Below are positions 16,084 to 26,073 of a stretch of 64,000 nucleotides of DNA, in pieces (within the stretch, counting starts at the first letter, position 1; each line of letters begins with the position of its first letter). The translations under genes and the position numbers were made by a program. Location of the stretch: sequence record SRR20825019_3098. One strand, 5' to 3'. The notes beneath the pieces are model-generated. The model worked only from the letters and a program-made list of their open reading frames with translations, did no database searches and was not told where the DNA came from.

Positions 16084-18654
16084 ATGCGGCACATTTTAAC
16101 CTTAGTTGTTATTTTAACACATACACTACTTTTTTCACAGGTTTCTGACGATTTTTCCGACGGAGATTTTACGAATGGAACAGCTTGGTCAGGCACAAAC
16201 GGGGACTACAGCGTTAGTGCGGCATTTGAATTGCAGTTGACAAGTGCAGCCGCAAATACCTCTTATCTTTCAACACCACATTTATTAAGTTCATTGGACG
16301 ATAAAGAATGGAGATTCAAAACGAGGCAGACGTTTTCTCCTTCGGGGAGTAATTATGGACGAATTTATTTAGCCGCAGCGAGCGCAGATTTGAGTACCAA
16401 CCCAGACGGTTTTTATCTTCAACTAGGAGAAGCGGGTTCTGCCGATGCAGTGCGTTTAATCAAGCGTGAACTGGGAGTAAACACAGAAATAATTGCAGCT
16501 ACTTCAGGTCAAATTGCAACGAGCTTTTCAATAGGAATTCAAGTGGTAAGAGATAACACAGGGTTGTGGTCTCTGTCGATTGATCCAAGTGGTGGATCGG
16601 CTTACGTATTAGAAGGAACGGGCACAGAAGCAACAAACTTGCTTGGAACACACGTTGGAATGTTGCAGACCTACACAATCAGTAATGCCAATAGCTTTTT
16701 CTACGATAATGTTTATGTTGGGGACGAAATTCTAGATCTCACACCACCCGTTTTAGTTTCCGCAACAGCCATAAATCCAAACTTAATTGACGTGCTTTTT
16801 GACGAAACTTTGGATCAAATTTCTGCTGAAAACGCTGCAAATTATGATATTCAACCTTTTCTATCAGCAAGTTCTGTGACCTTAGATGGAATCAATCCTG
16901 CACTTGTTCACATTGTACCAACGTCAGCGTTAACGAACGGTTCAACATATACCCTTTTTTCAACGGGGATTGCTGATGTTGCTGGTAACGTTTCTGCTCA
17001 ACAATCGGTGCAATTTGGCTTCTTCATTCCTGAATTACCTTCCCCTGGAGATGTAATAATCAACGAGTTTATGTGCGACCCGACGCCAGTTCTTGGACTT
17101 CCGTCTATTGAGTTTGTTGAAATCTATAACAGAAGTTCAAAGGTATTTGACGTTACTGGATGGAAACTAGGAGATGCTTCCTCGGATGGAACAGTCACTG
17201 CAGAATGGCTCCTCCCTGGAAATTATCTAGTGCTCACAGCAACAGCTAATGTGGATTCATTTGCGGTGGCAACGGCAGTCACGAGTTTTCCAAGTCTGAA
17301 CAATGCCGGTGATGCGATTATTTTAAGAGACAATAACGGAGTTAAATTGGATAGCATTAGTTACACGCTAGATTGGTACAACGATGATCTCAAAGAAGAC
17401 GGCGGATATACAATCGAGCGAATTAATCCAAACGATCCGTGTTCTGACATTCTGAATTGGTCGGGAAGTACTCACCCATCTGGTGGAACGCCTGGAAGCG
17501 TAAACTCAGTTAATAATATCACTCCAGATACACAAGCACCGTCGATAAGTCAACTCATTGCGCTCCCACCAAATTACCTAGAAGTGTATTATTCGGAAGG
17601 AATGGACTCGCTTTCCTTGGCAAATGCTGTTATTACAGTTAGTCCTACATTATCAGTGGCTAACAATTACGTTTTGAGTGCGTTTGCGGATAAGCATATT
17701 TTAGAATTTGGAGAAACAATTGCTGGATCACAAGCGTACACCATCGAGCTTCAGAACATTGCCGATTGTTGGCTAAACACGACAACACTAACGGGTACTT
17801 TTGCACTTCCTGAAGATCCAGTGGTTGGAGATATAATCATTAATGAAATTCTGTTTAATCCAGTGAATGGAGGATCAGATTGGGTGGAAGTCTACAATAC
17901 TTCTTCTAAGCTAATCAACCTTAAAAACTGGCAACTTGCTAATTTTGATGACGATACGATTAGTAATATCAAACAATTTACAGGTAATTTCTTACTGTAT
18001 CCGGGTTCTTATGCGGTCTTTGGAAAAGATTCCGCGCAGATTTTACAACATTATCCAGCGGCTGTTCCTGGTCGTTTTGCCCAAATGGATCTCCCAACGT
18101 ATTCAAATGATTCTGGAACAGTTTATCTCATGTTCAACAACCTACAAATGGATCATGTTTCCTACCAAGATGATTGGCATTTTAAATTGCTTGATAGTGA
18201 TGACGGCGTTTCTTTAGAGCGTTTGGAACCTACAGGAAAGTCGAACGACAAAAACAATTGGCATTCTGCGGCAGAAGCAATCGGTTTTGCAACACCGGGA
18301 AGAGTAAATTCTCAATATTTCCCAGCTATTTCTAACGGTGAATTTAGCTTTACAAGTACTACAATTTCACCCGATAATGATGGTTATGAAGATGTTCTTC
18401 AAATCAATTATCGATTAGAAAGTTCGGGTTATGTCGGCACATTCACTGTTTACGACGATCGCGGAAGAATGGTTGTAAAAGTAATTGAGTCGGAATTACT
18501 CGGCGCAAGCGGAAGTTTTGTTTGGGATGGATTACGAGAAAATCAAACAAAGGCATCCATTGGAACGTATGTTGGCGTGTTTGAAGCCTTCGATTTAGCC
18601 AACGGAATTGTGTTTGCTCAAAGAAAAGCATTCGTGGTTGCTGGAAAACTATAA
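16084..18654 (+). CDS. Secreted protein with two lamin-tail domains, Ig-like domains and a FlgD/T9SS-like C-terminus
   Basis: Signal peptide; two IINE....P...E/DWVE.YN and LxN(D/A)G..I.L units; SPDNDGYED..WDG C-terminus. Confidence 0.8.
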   Translation: MRHILTLVVILTHTLLFSQVSDDFSDGDFTNGTAWSGTNGDYSVSAAFELQLTSAAANTSYLSTPHLLSSLDDKEWRFKTRQTFSPSGSNYGRIYLAAASADLSTNPDGFYLQLGEAGSADAVRLIKRELGVNTEIIAATSGQIATSFSIGIQVVRDNTGLWSLSIDPSGGSAYVLEGTGTEATNLLGTHVGMLQTYTISNANSFFYDNVYVGDEILDLTPPVLVSATAINPNLIDVLFDETLDQISAENAANYDIQPFLSASSVTLDGINPALVHIVPTSALTNGSTYTLFSTGIADVAGNVSAQQSVQFGFFIPELPSPGDVIINEFMCDPTPVLGLPSIEFVEIYNRSSKVFDVTGWKLGDASSDGTVTAEWLLPGNYLVLTATANVDSFAVATAVTSFPSLNNAGDAIILRDNNGVKLDSISYTLDWYNDDLKEDGGYTIERINPNDPCSDILNWSGSTHPSGGTPGSVNSVNNITPDTQAPSISQLIALPPNYLEVYYSEGMDSLSLANAVITVSPTLSVANNYVLSAFADKHILEFGETIAGSQAYTIELQNIADCWLNTTTLTGTFALPEDPVVGDIIINEILFNPVNGGSDWVEVYNTSSKLINLKNWQLANFDDDTISNIKQFTGNFLLYPGSYAVFGKDSAQILQHYPAAVPGRFAQMDLPTYSNDSGTVYLMFNNLQMDHVSYQDDWHFKLLDSDDGVSLERLEPTGKSNDKNNWHSAAEAIGFATPGRVNSQYFPAISNGEFSFTSTTISPDNDGYEDVLQINYRLESSGYVGTFTVYDDRGRMVVKVIESELLGASGSFVWDGLRENQTKASIGTYVGVFEAFDLANGIVFAQRKAFVVAGKL

Positions 18655-18711
18655 TCCCCGTTTTTGAGTTGTATCTTTTTAAGATTTTTTCGTTTGTATA
18701 AAAAGCAAGCT

Positions 18712-19194
18712 ATGAAATCTTTCCTTTTCTCTTTCGCGTTTTGCTCCATCTTTTTCTCCTCTTCTGCCCAACAATATACAACGGCAATTGGATTGAAAGG
18801 GTCTGTATCAAACCTTGATGTTGCCGGAGCAGATTTTAGTATTAAACACTTCTTTAATTCACCAAATGCTATGGAAGCAAATTTGGGATTTTCGCGAAAT
18901 TATGTTTGGTTACAAGGACTTTATGTCCATAACACGCGAATGAGAAAAGATTTCGAATGGTATTATGGACTCGGAGGTGATTTTGGGTATTGGAATAGAA
19001 ACTACGCACATTACAATAATCGAAGAGAATATGAAGGGTTTTGGCTAGGCGCGGATGCCAATGTGGGCCTCGAATACACGTTCGATTCCTTCCCAATAAA
19101 TGTCTCATTAGACGTTGGACCAACCTTTCGTGTAATTCCTTATGTAAAATTAGGTGTAATGTCAGGATTTGCTATTAGATTTGCACTAAAATAG
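18712..19194 (+). CDS. Small outer-membrane beta-barrel protein
   Basis: Signal peptide, Y.TAIGLK, WYYGLGG, GLEYTF..FPIN.SLD, C-terminal IRF. Confidence 0.7.
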   Translation: MKSFLFSFAFCSIFFSSSAQQYTTAIGLKGSVSNLDVAGADFSIKHFFNSPNAMEANLGFSRNYVWLQGLYVHNTRMRKDFEWYYGLGGDFGYWNRNYAHYNNRREYEGFWLGADANVGLEYTFDSFPINVSLDVGPTFRVIPYVKLGVMSGFAIRFALK

Positions 19195-19197
19195 TGT

Positions 19198-20445
19198 ATG
19201 CTCGCCCCAGGTGCTAAAGGTTGGATTTCAAAGTATTTTGACTTAGTCGAAAAAAGCGAAATTAAAGTATCGATTCGCAACTATGAAGGATTGAGTAATT
19301 TCAAACATTTACACCTTACGTTCTCCCGCTCAGGAATTATTTTCGGACTTCCCACAAGAGCAATTTTTGCAAATAAGTTAGATACAGCAAATTGGACAAC
19401 CGAGGAGAAATTGAAGTTATTACTCTTCGAATCCATGTTGTTCACGTATTTAAAAGCCGGTGAGAAACTCGATAAAGATGCATTTGTATCTTCAGTACTG
19501 TCCTTTTACGGAAAACATAATGGTCGTTCGATAATGAAAACCATGACTTTTTTCCTGAAAGAATCGAATGAGGAAAAGGTCGAAAGTATTTTTGCCAAAC
19601 GAATAGATATCAAATTAAATTTATTTGAAAACAAGTGGTGGGTGAATAGTTTGACCAATCTATTTGTGTACTTAGATGTGATTCTTTATAACGATTTTCT
19701 TAAAACACACTCCGAAGATACGATTGAGCAATACAGCGACTTTGCACAGAATGCACTAACAGCAATCACACTTTCTTCTTATGCCGATGGGATCATTGAC
19801 GATCTTGAAAGGGATATGTTCAATCATTTCTTGGCGTCGGCAAATTTAGCAGAGGAACAGAGAGATTTAGCCATTGATAAATTTAAAAAAGGAGCTTCCT
19901 TTGAAGACTTAAGTCCTTTTGTTAAGAATCATTGGCTTCTTAAAAGGTTTTTGCTCGATGTAGCTATTCTCACGGCATATTCTTCGTTGCATACCGAACA
20001 ATCCGAGATTGACTTTATTGAGGACTTTAGAAAGTTTTTGGATATTCCTAAGATTGAAGTAGACCAAACGATTATGTTTCTGGAGAATTTCATTATCGAA
20101 AACAAGGAACAAACAGCATTCTTGAAAGATTCACCTTCTTATGAAAAGGTATATTCAAGATTGACAGAGAGGTGGAGAAAAATACTCCTTAGAAATAAGG
20201 ATAAACTTACATTGGAACTAAAGGAAAGTAAGGAGCTTGTGGCGTTGATAAAGAAGTCAATGACAGAGGAACTTACACCTGAAGAGAAGGAAAAAGTGAA
20301 ACAGCAATCCAAGGATATCTTAAAGTCCATGCCAGCCTTCGCTGTGTTCCTTATTCCAGGCGGAACTATTCTATTGCCTATGATGATGAAAATTCTTCCT
20401 GACCTGCTACCATCAGCCTTTAAAGACAATGAAATAGAAGATTAG
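19198..20445 (+). CDS. LETM1-like / TerB-like domain protein
   Basis: PGAKGWI N-terminus, ADG.IDD.E TerB-like segment, C-terminal DILKSMP.FAVFLIPGG.ILLP...LLPSAF. Confidence 0.75.
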   Translation: MLAPGAKGWISKYFDLVEKSEIKVSIRNYEGLSNFKHLHLTFSRSGIIFGLPTRAIFANKLDTANWTTEEKLKLLLFESMLFTYLKAGEKLDKDAFVSSVLSFYGKHNGRSIMKTMTFFLKESNEEKVESIFAKRIDIKLNLFENKWWVNSLTNLFVYLDVILYNDFLKTHSEDTIEQYSDFAQNALTAITLSSYADGIIDDLERDMFNHFLASANLAEEQRDLAIDKFKKGASFEDLSPFVKNHWLLKRFLLDVAILTAYSSLHTEQSEIDFIEDFRKFLDIPKIEVDQTIMFLENFIIENKEQTAFLKDSPSYEKVYSRLTERWRKILLRNKDKLTLELKESKELVALIKKSMTEELTPEEKEKVKQQSKDILKSMPAFAVFLIPGGTILLPMMMKILPDLLPSAFKDNEIED

Positions 20446-20583
20446 CCAATCGACTAAAGGCAGAAATGTTATATTTTTCACGGGAAATCATTTTAATTTA
20501 TTGTTAATCAACTGGTTGTGATCAATTACTAAATTGGTTTAGCTTGTATCCGCTATACGTTAAAAATTCAAGCGTAGCACAAT

Positions 20584-20614
20584 TATCATCGACTAAATAG
20601 TGTATTTCATCGAC
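20584..20614 (+). promoter_or_regulatory. Direct repeat TCATCGAC with 21-bp period (LytTR-type box)
   Basis: tcatcgac at 20586 and 20607; a related atcgactaaa at 20449. Confidence 0.6.
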
Positions 20615-20656
20615 GAATAGCCTATAATTGTAAGATAAACTTCAAAACTACTTATT

Positions 20657-22303
20657 TTGAGATCCATATCCGTAATAGCGTTTTTCGTGTGCTTACCAAT
20701 GTTAAACTTCGCTCAACATAATTTCGAGTTTTACAACAACGGATCTATCGTTACAGTTCAAGCGGGTGCGGAACTGCATGTTTGGGGTGACTTTTACGCA
20801 CAAGGAGCAGCAGGCACATTGAATAATAATGGATTGATTAAAGTTCAAGGACACAGTTATTCAGACAACAATTTCCAACAGAGGGGAACAGGAACCTTTC
20901 GAATTCAAAACTCAAATATTAACATTGGAGAAACTCAATTAATCTCGGGAAGCTACGCCGTTCGAGGAGGGCAGGCACAAATTGGGGTGAATGATGGATC
21001 ATTTTATAATCTTGAATTAGCAAACGACCAAGGAATAGTCTACTTGATGGGAACTGGTTCCGTTGCGGATGTTCGAAATTCTGTAAACTTCTTTTTTGGC
21101 TCGATTCAAAACAGGATCATCACACACGATATTGGACTTGGGATTCCAGTAAACGGAAGCGGATATTCGGCGGTTTTTGGGATGATGAATCCCACAGCAG
21201 GAAATGCAAATTTCTTAAATAATACAGTCTCACTGAATGGAAACATGAGTGGATTAGACGCTGGATATGTACAAGGAAATTTGAGAAGAGCAATTAATCC
21301 AGCGGGGGGAGTATATGGTTTTGTGCTAGGGCTTGAGCCCGCAACGGTTGGCGCACAGCGAGGAATTCAGTATTCACTGATGGATTTCGACGCGAATAAC
21401 TACGATGTGGTTAGAGGATATTTTCAGTCGGGATTAGATAATTCGTTTGTTCCTGCCGTCGAGTGTTCAGGATTTTTAATGAACTATTTCGGAGGAGTAG
21501 ATCATGGTCAATGGATTTACAATGATCAATCTGGAAGTGGAGCAGGTGTGTATGAAGTGCGGGTTTGGCCGCAAGACGATAACTTAACTCCTCAAACTGT
21601 TTGGCTCATTAGCAAAGACAATAGCATTCAGGGCACAGCAGACGATTGTGGTCCAAGTCCTGTTGGTCTTGATCGCGCAGGGTTTAATGGCTTTAGTCAA
21701 TTTGGTGTAGTTGGATCCACAGATTTCTTCTTACCTGTTGAGTTGATTGATATTAGTGCAACTGGAGTAGAAGATCACATAACGGTGACTTGGAACGTAG
21801 CGAGTGAATTGAATGTAAGTCACTATGAATTAGAACGCTCTGAGGATGGTCAAAATTATGAGTATGTGACATCCAAAAATGCTGCGGGAACTACATCTTC
21901 AGCACAGTCGTATACGCATAACGACTATGACGTTCGCTACTTTACGCAATACTTTTACCGAGCAAAAAGCATAGACACTGATGGAGGCATAGAAATTACT
22001 CCAGTCGTTGCTGCCTCGATCCAAAACTCATCGGCTGCATTCGATGAAAATGCGGTAGTAGTCTTTCCGAACCCAACGTCCGATGATTTTGCAATCAGCA
22101 TTCAATCGGCAATGGAAAGAAACATAAACGTGAAGCTTTATAACGCAATAGGTCAACTTATTGAAGCACAAGAAATACACCTACAAGAAGGAAATACTCT
22201 CCTGAAGTGTTCACTGCAAGACAGAGCATACGGAATGTACTTGTTGGAAATAAGAGACACACAAACCAATCAATCAATCACAAAACGAATAATCAAACAA
22301 TGA
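20657..22303 (+). CDS. T9SS type-A secreted protein
   Basis: Signal peptide, LPVEL..ASELN..YELERS Ig/FN3-like module, FPNP...GMYLLEI CTD. Confidence 0.87.
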   Translation: MRSISVIAFFVCLPMLNFAQHNFEFYNNGSIVTVQAGAELHVWGDFYAQGAAGTLNNNGLIKVQGHSYSDNNFQQRGTGTFRIQNSNINIGETQLISGSYAVRGGQAQIGVNDGSFYNLELANDQGIVYLMGTGSVADVRNSVNFFFGSIQNRIITHDIGLGIPVNGSGYSAVFGMMNPTAGNANFLNNTVSLNGNMSGLDAGYVQGNLRRAINPAGGVYGFVLGLEPATVGAQRGIQYSLMDFDANNYDVVRGYFQSGLDNSFVPAVECSGFLMNYFGGVDHGQWIYNDQSGSGAGVYEVRVWPQDDNLTPQTVWLISKDNSIQGTADDCGPSPVGLDRAGFNGFSQFGVVGSTDFFLPVELIDISATGVEDHITVTWNVASELNVSHYELERSEDGQNYEYVTSKNAAGTTSSAQSYTHNDYDVRYFTQYFYRAKSIDTDGGIEITPVVAASIQNSSAAFDENAVVVFPNPTSDDFAISIQSAMERNINVKLYNAIGQLIEAQEIHLQEGNTLLKCSLQDRAYGMYLLEIRDTQTNQSITKRIIKQ

Positions 22304-24153
22304 AACAACTATTAAAACGATCGATCATTCTCTCAAGTTTCCTAGTTGCGTTTTCCGCGTTTGGACAAAATGTGGGAATCGGAACAAATACGCCAGACCC
22401 AAGTGCAAAGCTTCATATTCTTGATGCCAATAGGGGTTTACTAATTCCAAATGTATCACTTGTCAATATAGTCATCCCAGCGCCTGTTACAACTCCTGCA
22501 ACTGGATTGCTCGTTTGGAATACCAATGGTGCAGTTGTCGGTGGTTCGGGAGTAGGGTTTTACTATTGGAATGGTACTCAGTGGCTTCGATTATCAACGG
22601 GAGTAGCAACTAATGATTGGGAACTGCTTGGAAACACAGGAACCAATGAAGCAGTCAACTTTGTAGGAACAACTGACGCGCAAGATTTGGTGTTTAGAAC
22701 CAATGCCACGGAGAACATGAGAGTCAACACCAACGGAAATGTTGGAATTGGTACAACAAGTGATATTGCAAGGTTGTTCACATCCACACCAGCAGCTGAC
22801 GCAACAACGGCCTATGGAATCTACAATGAGCACACTGGAAGTGCCGCAGGAGTAGTCTACGGAATCCGATCTAACAATTACAGCGCAACAAACTCAACTA
22901 AGTATGGAATCTACAATATTGTAAACGCCACAGGAACAGGAGCGAGGTATGGATTTCTTAATTACACTTATTTGAATTCAGCGTCTAATTCACCATCGTA
23001 TGGAGTTTACAATTACTCAAATACACAGGGTTCGGCAAGTTGTTACGGGATTTATAATTACGTAACAACATCTACTGCGACAGGATCCCAATATGGTCAG
23101 CAAAATTATGTATATCTGAATCCAGCGTCTACAGCAAATAATTACGGCGAATTAACGTATGTGGATTATTCCAATGGAACGCGCTATGGTGAATCAAAAT
23201 CCTTAGCGACGAATTCTACGGTAACGGGAATTGTTTACGGAGACTATAATCTAATCAACGGAAGTGGTAATGATGTAATTTATGGACTTTATGCAGACGT
23301 GTCTAACGTAGGTTCTGGAGCGCATTATGGAGTTTACTCAGATGTTCCAGGTGGAGCGAACTGCTACTCTGGTATGTTTTACGAAGGAAACTTTGTGGCA
23401 AACGAGGTTGGTGGTGATTATGACTTCAGAGTGGAATCAGACACAAGGGTTTTTGGTTTGTGGCTCGATGCCAATGAAAACCTTGTGAGATTTGGTACAG
23501 GAAGCACAGCCAGCGATTATCAGAATGGTACAGTGATAGGCGCAATTACGGTTGACTACGTAGTGGATTTTGATGCTGGTGGAGCAACAGGAACGGCCGT
23601 TGGAATAGGTTCCATCGAGTATTTGTTAGACGGAAGCTCCGAGACAACGATTAATAATAGATTCTCGCCAGCCGTTGACGATTTATATGATCTAGGGTCT
23701 GCAGCGTTGAGATGGGATGACGTTTATGCAACAAACGGAACAATTGTAACTTCTGATGAACGTGAAAAACAGGACATTGTGCCAATGAGCTATGGTTTAA
23801 AAGAAATTATGCAGTTAAAACCAGTAACCTACAAATGGAAAAAATCGCACGTAGGTTCAACGACAATGACGGATGACCAGAAAGAGTTAAAGTTGGGACT
23901 TATCGCTCAGGAAGTTCAACAAGTTCTTCCAGAAGTGGTGCAAACGCATGATTGGAAACCGGTTAGTGAAGAAGATCCAACGAATTATGTCTTAGCTCCG
24001 CTGGAACGACTCGGAATGAGCTACCATGAAATAATTCCAGTTTTGATAAAGGCAACGCAGGAACAGCAAGCCATTATTGAAGATCAAAACAAGAAAATGG
24101 AAGAGATGAGAACTGAACTCGATGAACTTAAAAAGCTTATTTTAAATAAGTAG
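22300..24153 (+). CDS. Signal-peptide-bearing fibre protein with YG-repeats and a C-terminal peptidase S74 intramolecular chaperone domain
   Basis: NVGIGT repeats, GLLIP, TSDEREK, LKPVTYKW, GLIAQEVQQVLPEVV, C-terminal coiled coil; ATGA overlap with the upstream gene. Confidence 0.85.
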   Translation: MKQLLKRSIILSSFLVAFSAFGQNVGIGTNTPDPSAKLHILDANRGLLIPNVSLVNIVIPAPVTTPATGLLVWNTNGAVVGGSGVGFYYWNGTQWLRLSTGVATNDWELLGNTGTNEAVNFVGTTDAQDLVFRTNATENMRVNTNGNVGIGTTSDIARLFTSTPAADATTAYGIYNEHTGSAAGVVYGIRSNNYSATNSTKYGIYNIVNATGTGARYGFLNYTYLNSASNSPSYGVYNYSNTQGSASCYGIYNYVTTSTATGSQYGQQNYVYLNPASTANNYGELTYVDYSNGTRYGESKSLATNSTVTGIVYGDYNLINGSGNDVIYGLYADVSNVGSGAHYGVYSDVPGGANCYSGMFYEGNFVANEVGGDYDFRVESDTRVFGLWLDANENLVRFGTGSTASDYQNGTVIGAITVDYVVDFDAGGATGTAVGIGSIEYLLDGSSETTINNRFSPAVDDLYDLGSAALRWDDVYATNGTIVTSDEREKQDIVPMSYGLKEIMQLKPVTYKWKKSHVGSTTMTDDQKELKLGLIAQEVQQVLPEVVQTHDWKPVSEEDPTNYVLAPLERLGMSYHEIIPVLIKATQEQQAIIEDQNKKMEEMRTELDELKKLILNK

Positions 24154-24168
24154 TAACAACAACAAATG

Positions 24169-24197
24169 AAATCCTGCGAATTGCTCGCGGGATTTTT
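24169..24197 (+). terminator. Rho-independent terminator
   Basis: aaatcctgcga-attgc-tcgcgggattttt. Confidence 0.75.
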
Positions 24198-24285
24198 GGG
24201 TTTTTGGTCAACCGATGAATACAAAATTAAATGACCACACACAATTGGTGAATTAGATTATCGTGTAAAGTCGTAATTTAGGACA

Positions 24286-25851
24286 ATGAAGAATTGGCTT
24301 TTATTTCTCGGTTTCGTGTCTCTAAGCGCGATATCAACCGCACAACAAACCCAGATAGTTTTTTTTAAAGATAAAAAGCTCGATCAAACGGCAGTTCTGC
24401 CAACGGAAAGAGCATTGATCAGAAGAGCAAAAAACAATGTGGCTACGGACAATTATGATTTGCCAATTAACCCAGATTATCTTTCGGAGCTTTCCAACTA
24501 CGGAAAAATTATACAAACGTCTCGTTGGTTAAATGCCGTGCGATTTGAAACAGAAATTTCTGCCGAATTGTTGTCAGAGAAATGCTCGTTTATAGACAGA
24601 ATTCAATCCATTAAGCCAAGTGAAAAGAGCATTATTAGCGATGAAAAATGGAAAGTAGGCACACAAGAGAAGGCCTTGAATTATGGTTGGTCGGATACAC
24701 AAATTCGGCAAATTAATCTTCCTTGCTTACATGATGAGGGATATACAGGAAGTAATGTTTACCTCGCTATTTTAGACGCTGGATTTAATGGAATGGATAC
24801 CGTTTCGTATTTCGATTCGGTCTATCTGGAGAACCGCATTTTGGATCAATTTGATTATGTTGGAGGTGGCTCCGTATACAATTATAGTGGACATGGAACG
24901 GCGGTAGCGTCGTGCATCGTTGGAGAAAAAGTGGGCGTTAACGCTTACATTGGAACAGCACCGGATGTGGATTTAGCCTTATTTGTAACCGAAGATGTAT
25001 CGTCTGAAACGCAACTCGAGGAATTTAATTTAGTGGCGGCGCTTGAAAGATGCGATTCTATCGGTGTTGAGGTAGTGAACATTTCTCTCGGATATGTAGA
25101 TTTTGATGATTCAACAACGAATTATACCTACCCAGATTTGGACGGTCAAACGACCATTTCTTCTATTGGAGCGCGGGTTGCGGCTTCGAAAGGAATTATA
25201 GTAGTAAGCTCCGCAGGAAATGGTGGTCCTGGTAAAATATCTACACCGTGTGATGCTGACAGTATCTTGTGTGTTGGGGCGATCGATGGTTTCGAAAACT
25301 GGGCGTGGTTTTCTTCGTTGGGTCCGTCGTATGATGGTCGCGTTAAACCTGATGTGGCTGCCAGAGGTGGAGGTTCTTGGGTAATTCATCAAGATGGATT
25401 TCTTGGGCAAAGCAACGGAACGTCATTCTCTAGTCCAATTATGGCCGGTGCAACGGCTTGTTTAGTGCAGGCAAATCCAACGAAAACAGCTCAGGAAATC
25501 ATTCAAAGTATTCGAGAAAGTGCTAATCAGTTTTCTTCTCCAGACACCTTACTCGGGTATGGAATTCCGGATTTTTGCGCACCTTTCGCTGGATTAATCC
25601 CAAATTCTTCTGAAGCGATTTCTATTTTTCCAAATCCTACAAATGGGTTGATTTATGTAAAGGGAATTAATTCTGATGCGGTCGATTATGAAGTATTGAA
25701 CGAACTAGGACAAGTGATAATCAACGGTCGAGGATTGGAAGTAAATGGCACTCTTCAACTAGAAATGGGAAATTTGGAAGCTGGTTGGTATACTCTCAAA
25801 ATATATTCAAATGGCAATCATTTTCTTGAGAGAGTGATCATTCAGCATTAA
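24286..25851 (+). CDS. S8 (subtilisin-like) serine peptidase with T9SS CTD
   Basis: ILDAG, HGT, SAGN, GTSFSSP, FPNP CTD. Confidence 0.93.
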   Translation: MKNWLLFLGFVSLSAISTAQQTQIVFFKDKKLDQTAVLPTERALIRRAKNNVATDNYDLPINPDYLSELSNYGKIIQTSRWLNAVRFETEISAELLSEKCSFIDRIQSIKPSEKSIISDEKWKVGTQEKALNYGWSDTQIRQINLPCLHDEGYTGSNVYLAILDAGFNGMDTVSYFDSVYLENRILDQFDYVGGGSVYNYSGHGTAVASCIVGEKVGVNAYIGTAPDVDLALFVTEDVSSETQLEEFNLVAALERCDSIGVEVVNISLGYVDFDDSTTNYTYPDLDGQTTISSIGARVAASKGIIVVSSAGNGGPGKISTPCDADSILCVGAIDGFENWAWFSSLGPSYDGRVKPDVAARGGGSWVIHQDGFLGQSNGTSFSSPIMAGATACLVQANPTKTAQEIIQSIRESANQFSSPDTLLGYGIPDFCAPFAGLIPNSSEAISIFPNPTNGLIYVKGINSDAVDYEVLNELGQVIINGRGLEVNGTLQLEMGNLEAGWYTLKIYSNGNHFLERVIIQH

Positions 25852-26073
25852 AGAGACGCGATTTTATATTGGAATCATCACTCGTGTTTCAAGATGTTCA
25901 CAGCCAACTTCTTGACGGAGTCATATAAGAATCTAAGCGATTCATTAGAGTCATTTATTAACAGGTGGAAGGATTCCCCCAATTCTGTAAATCGCGTGTT
26001 TCTACGTATATAATAAAGCTCGTATCACCTTATATTTGTTTTCAAACAATCTATTCACTTAAAACATCTTAAA

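Noticed and set aside
15025-16092. Long overlaps implied by the ORF track (asd with both neighbours; also 22207, 28035, 29176, 47380, 54005 starts)
   Set aside because: Artefacts of upstream TTG/GTG/ATG starts; downstream ATGs give normal N-termini and remove or shrink the overlaps
22300-24153. Prophage suggested by the tail-fibre/S74 domain
   Set aside because: The protein has a signal peptide, and there are no integrase, capsid, terminase or lysis genes nearby
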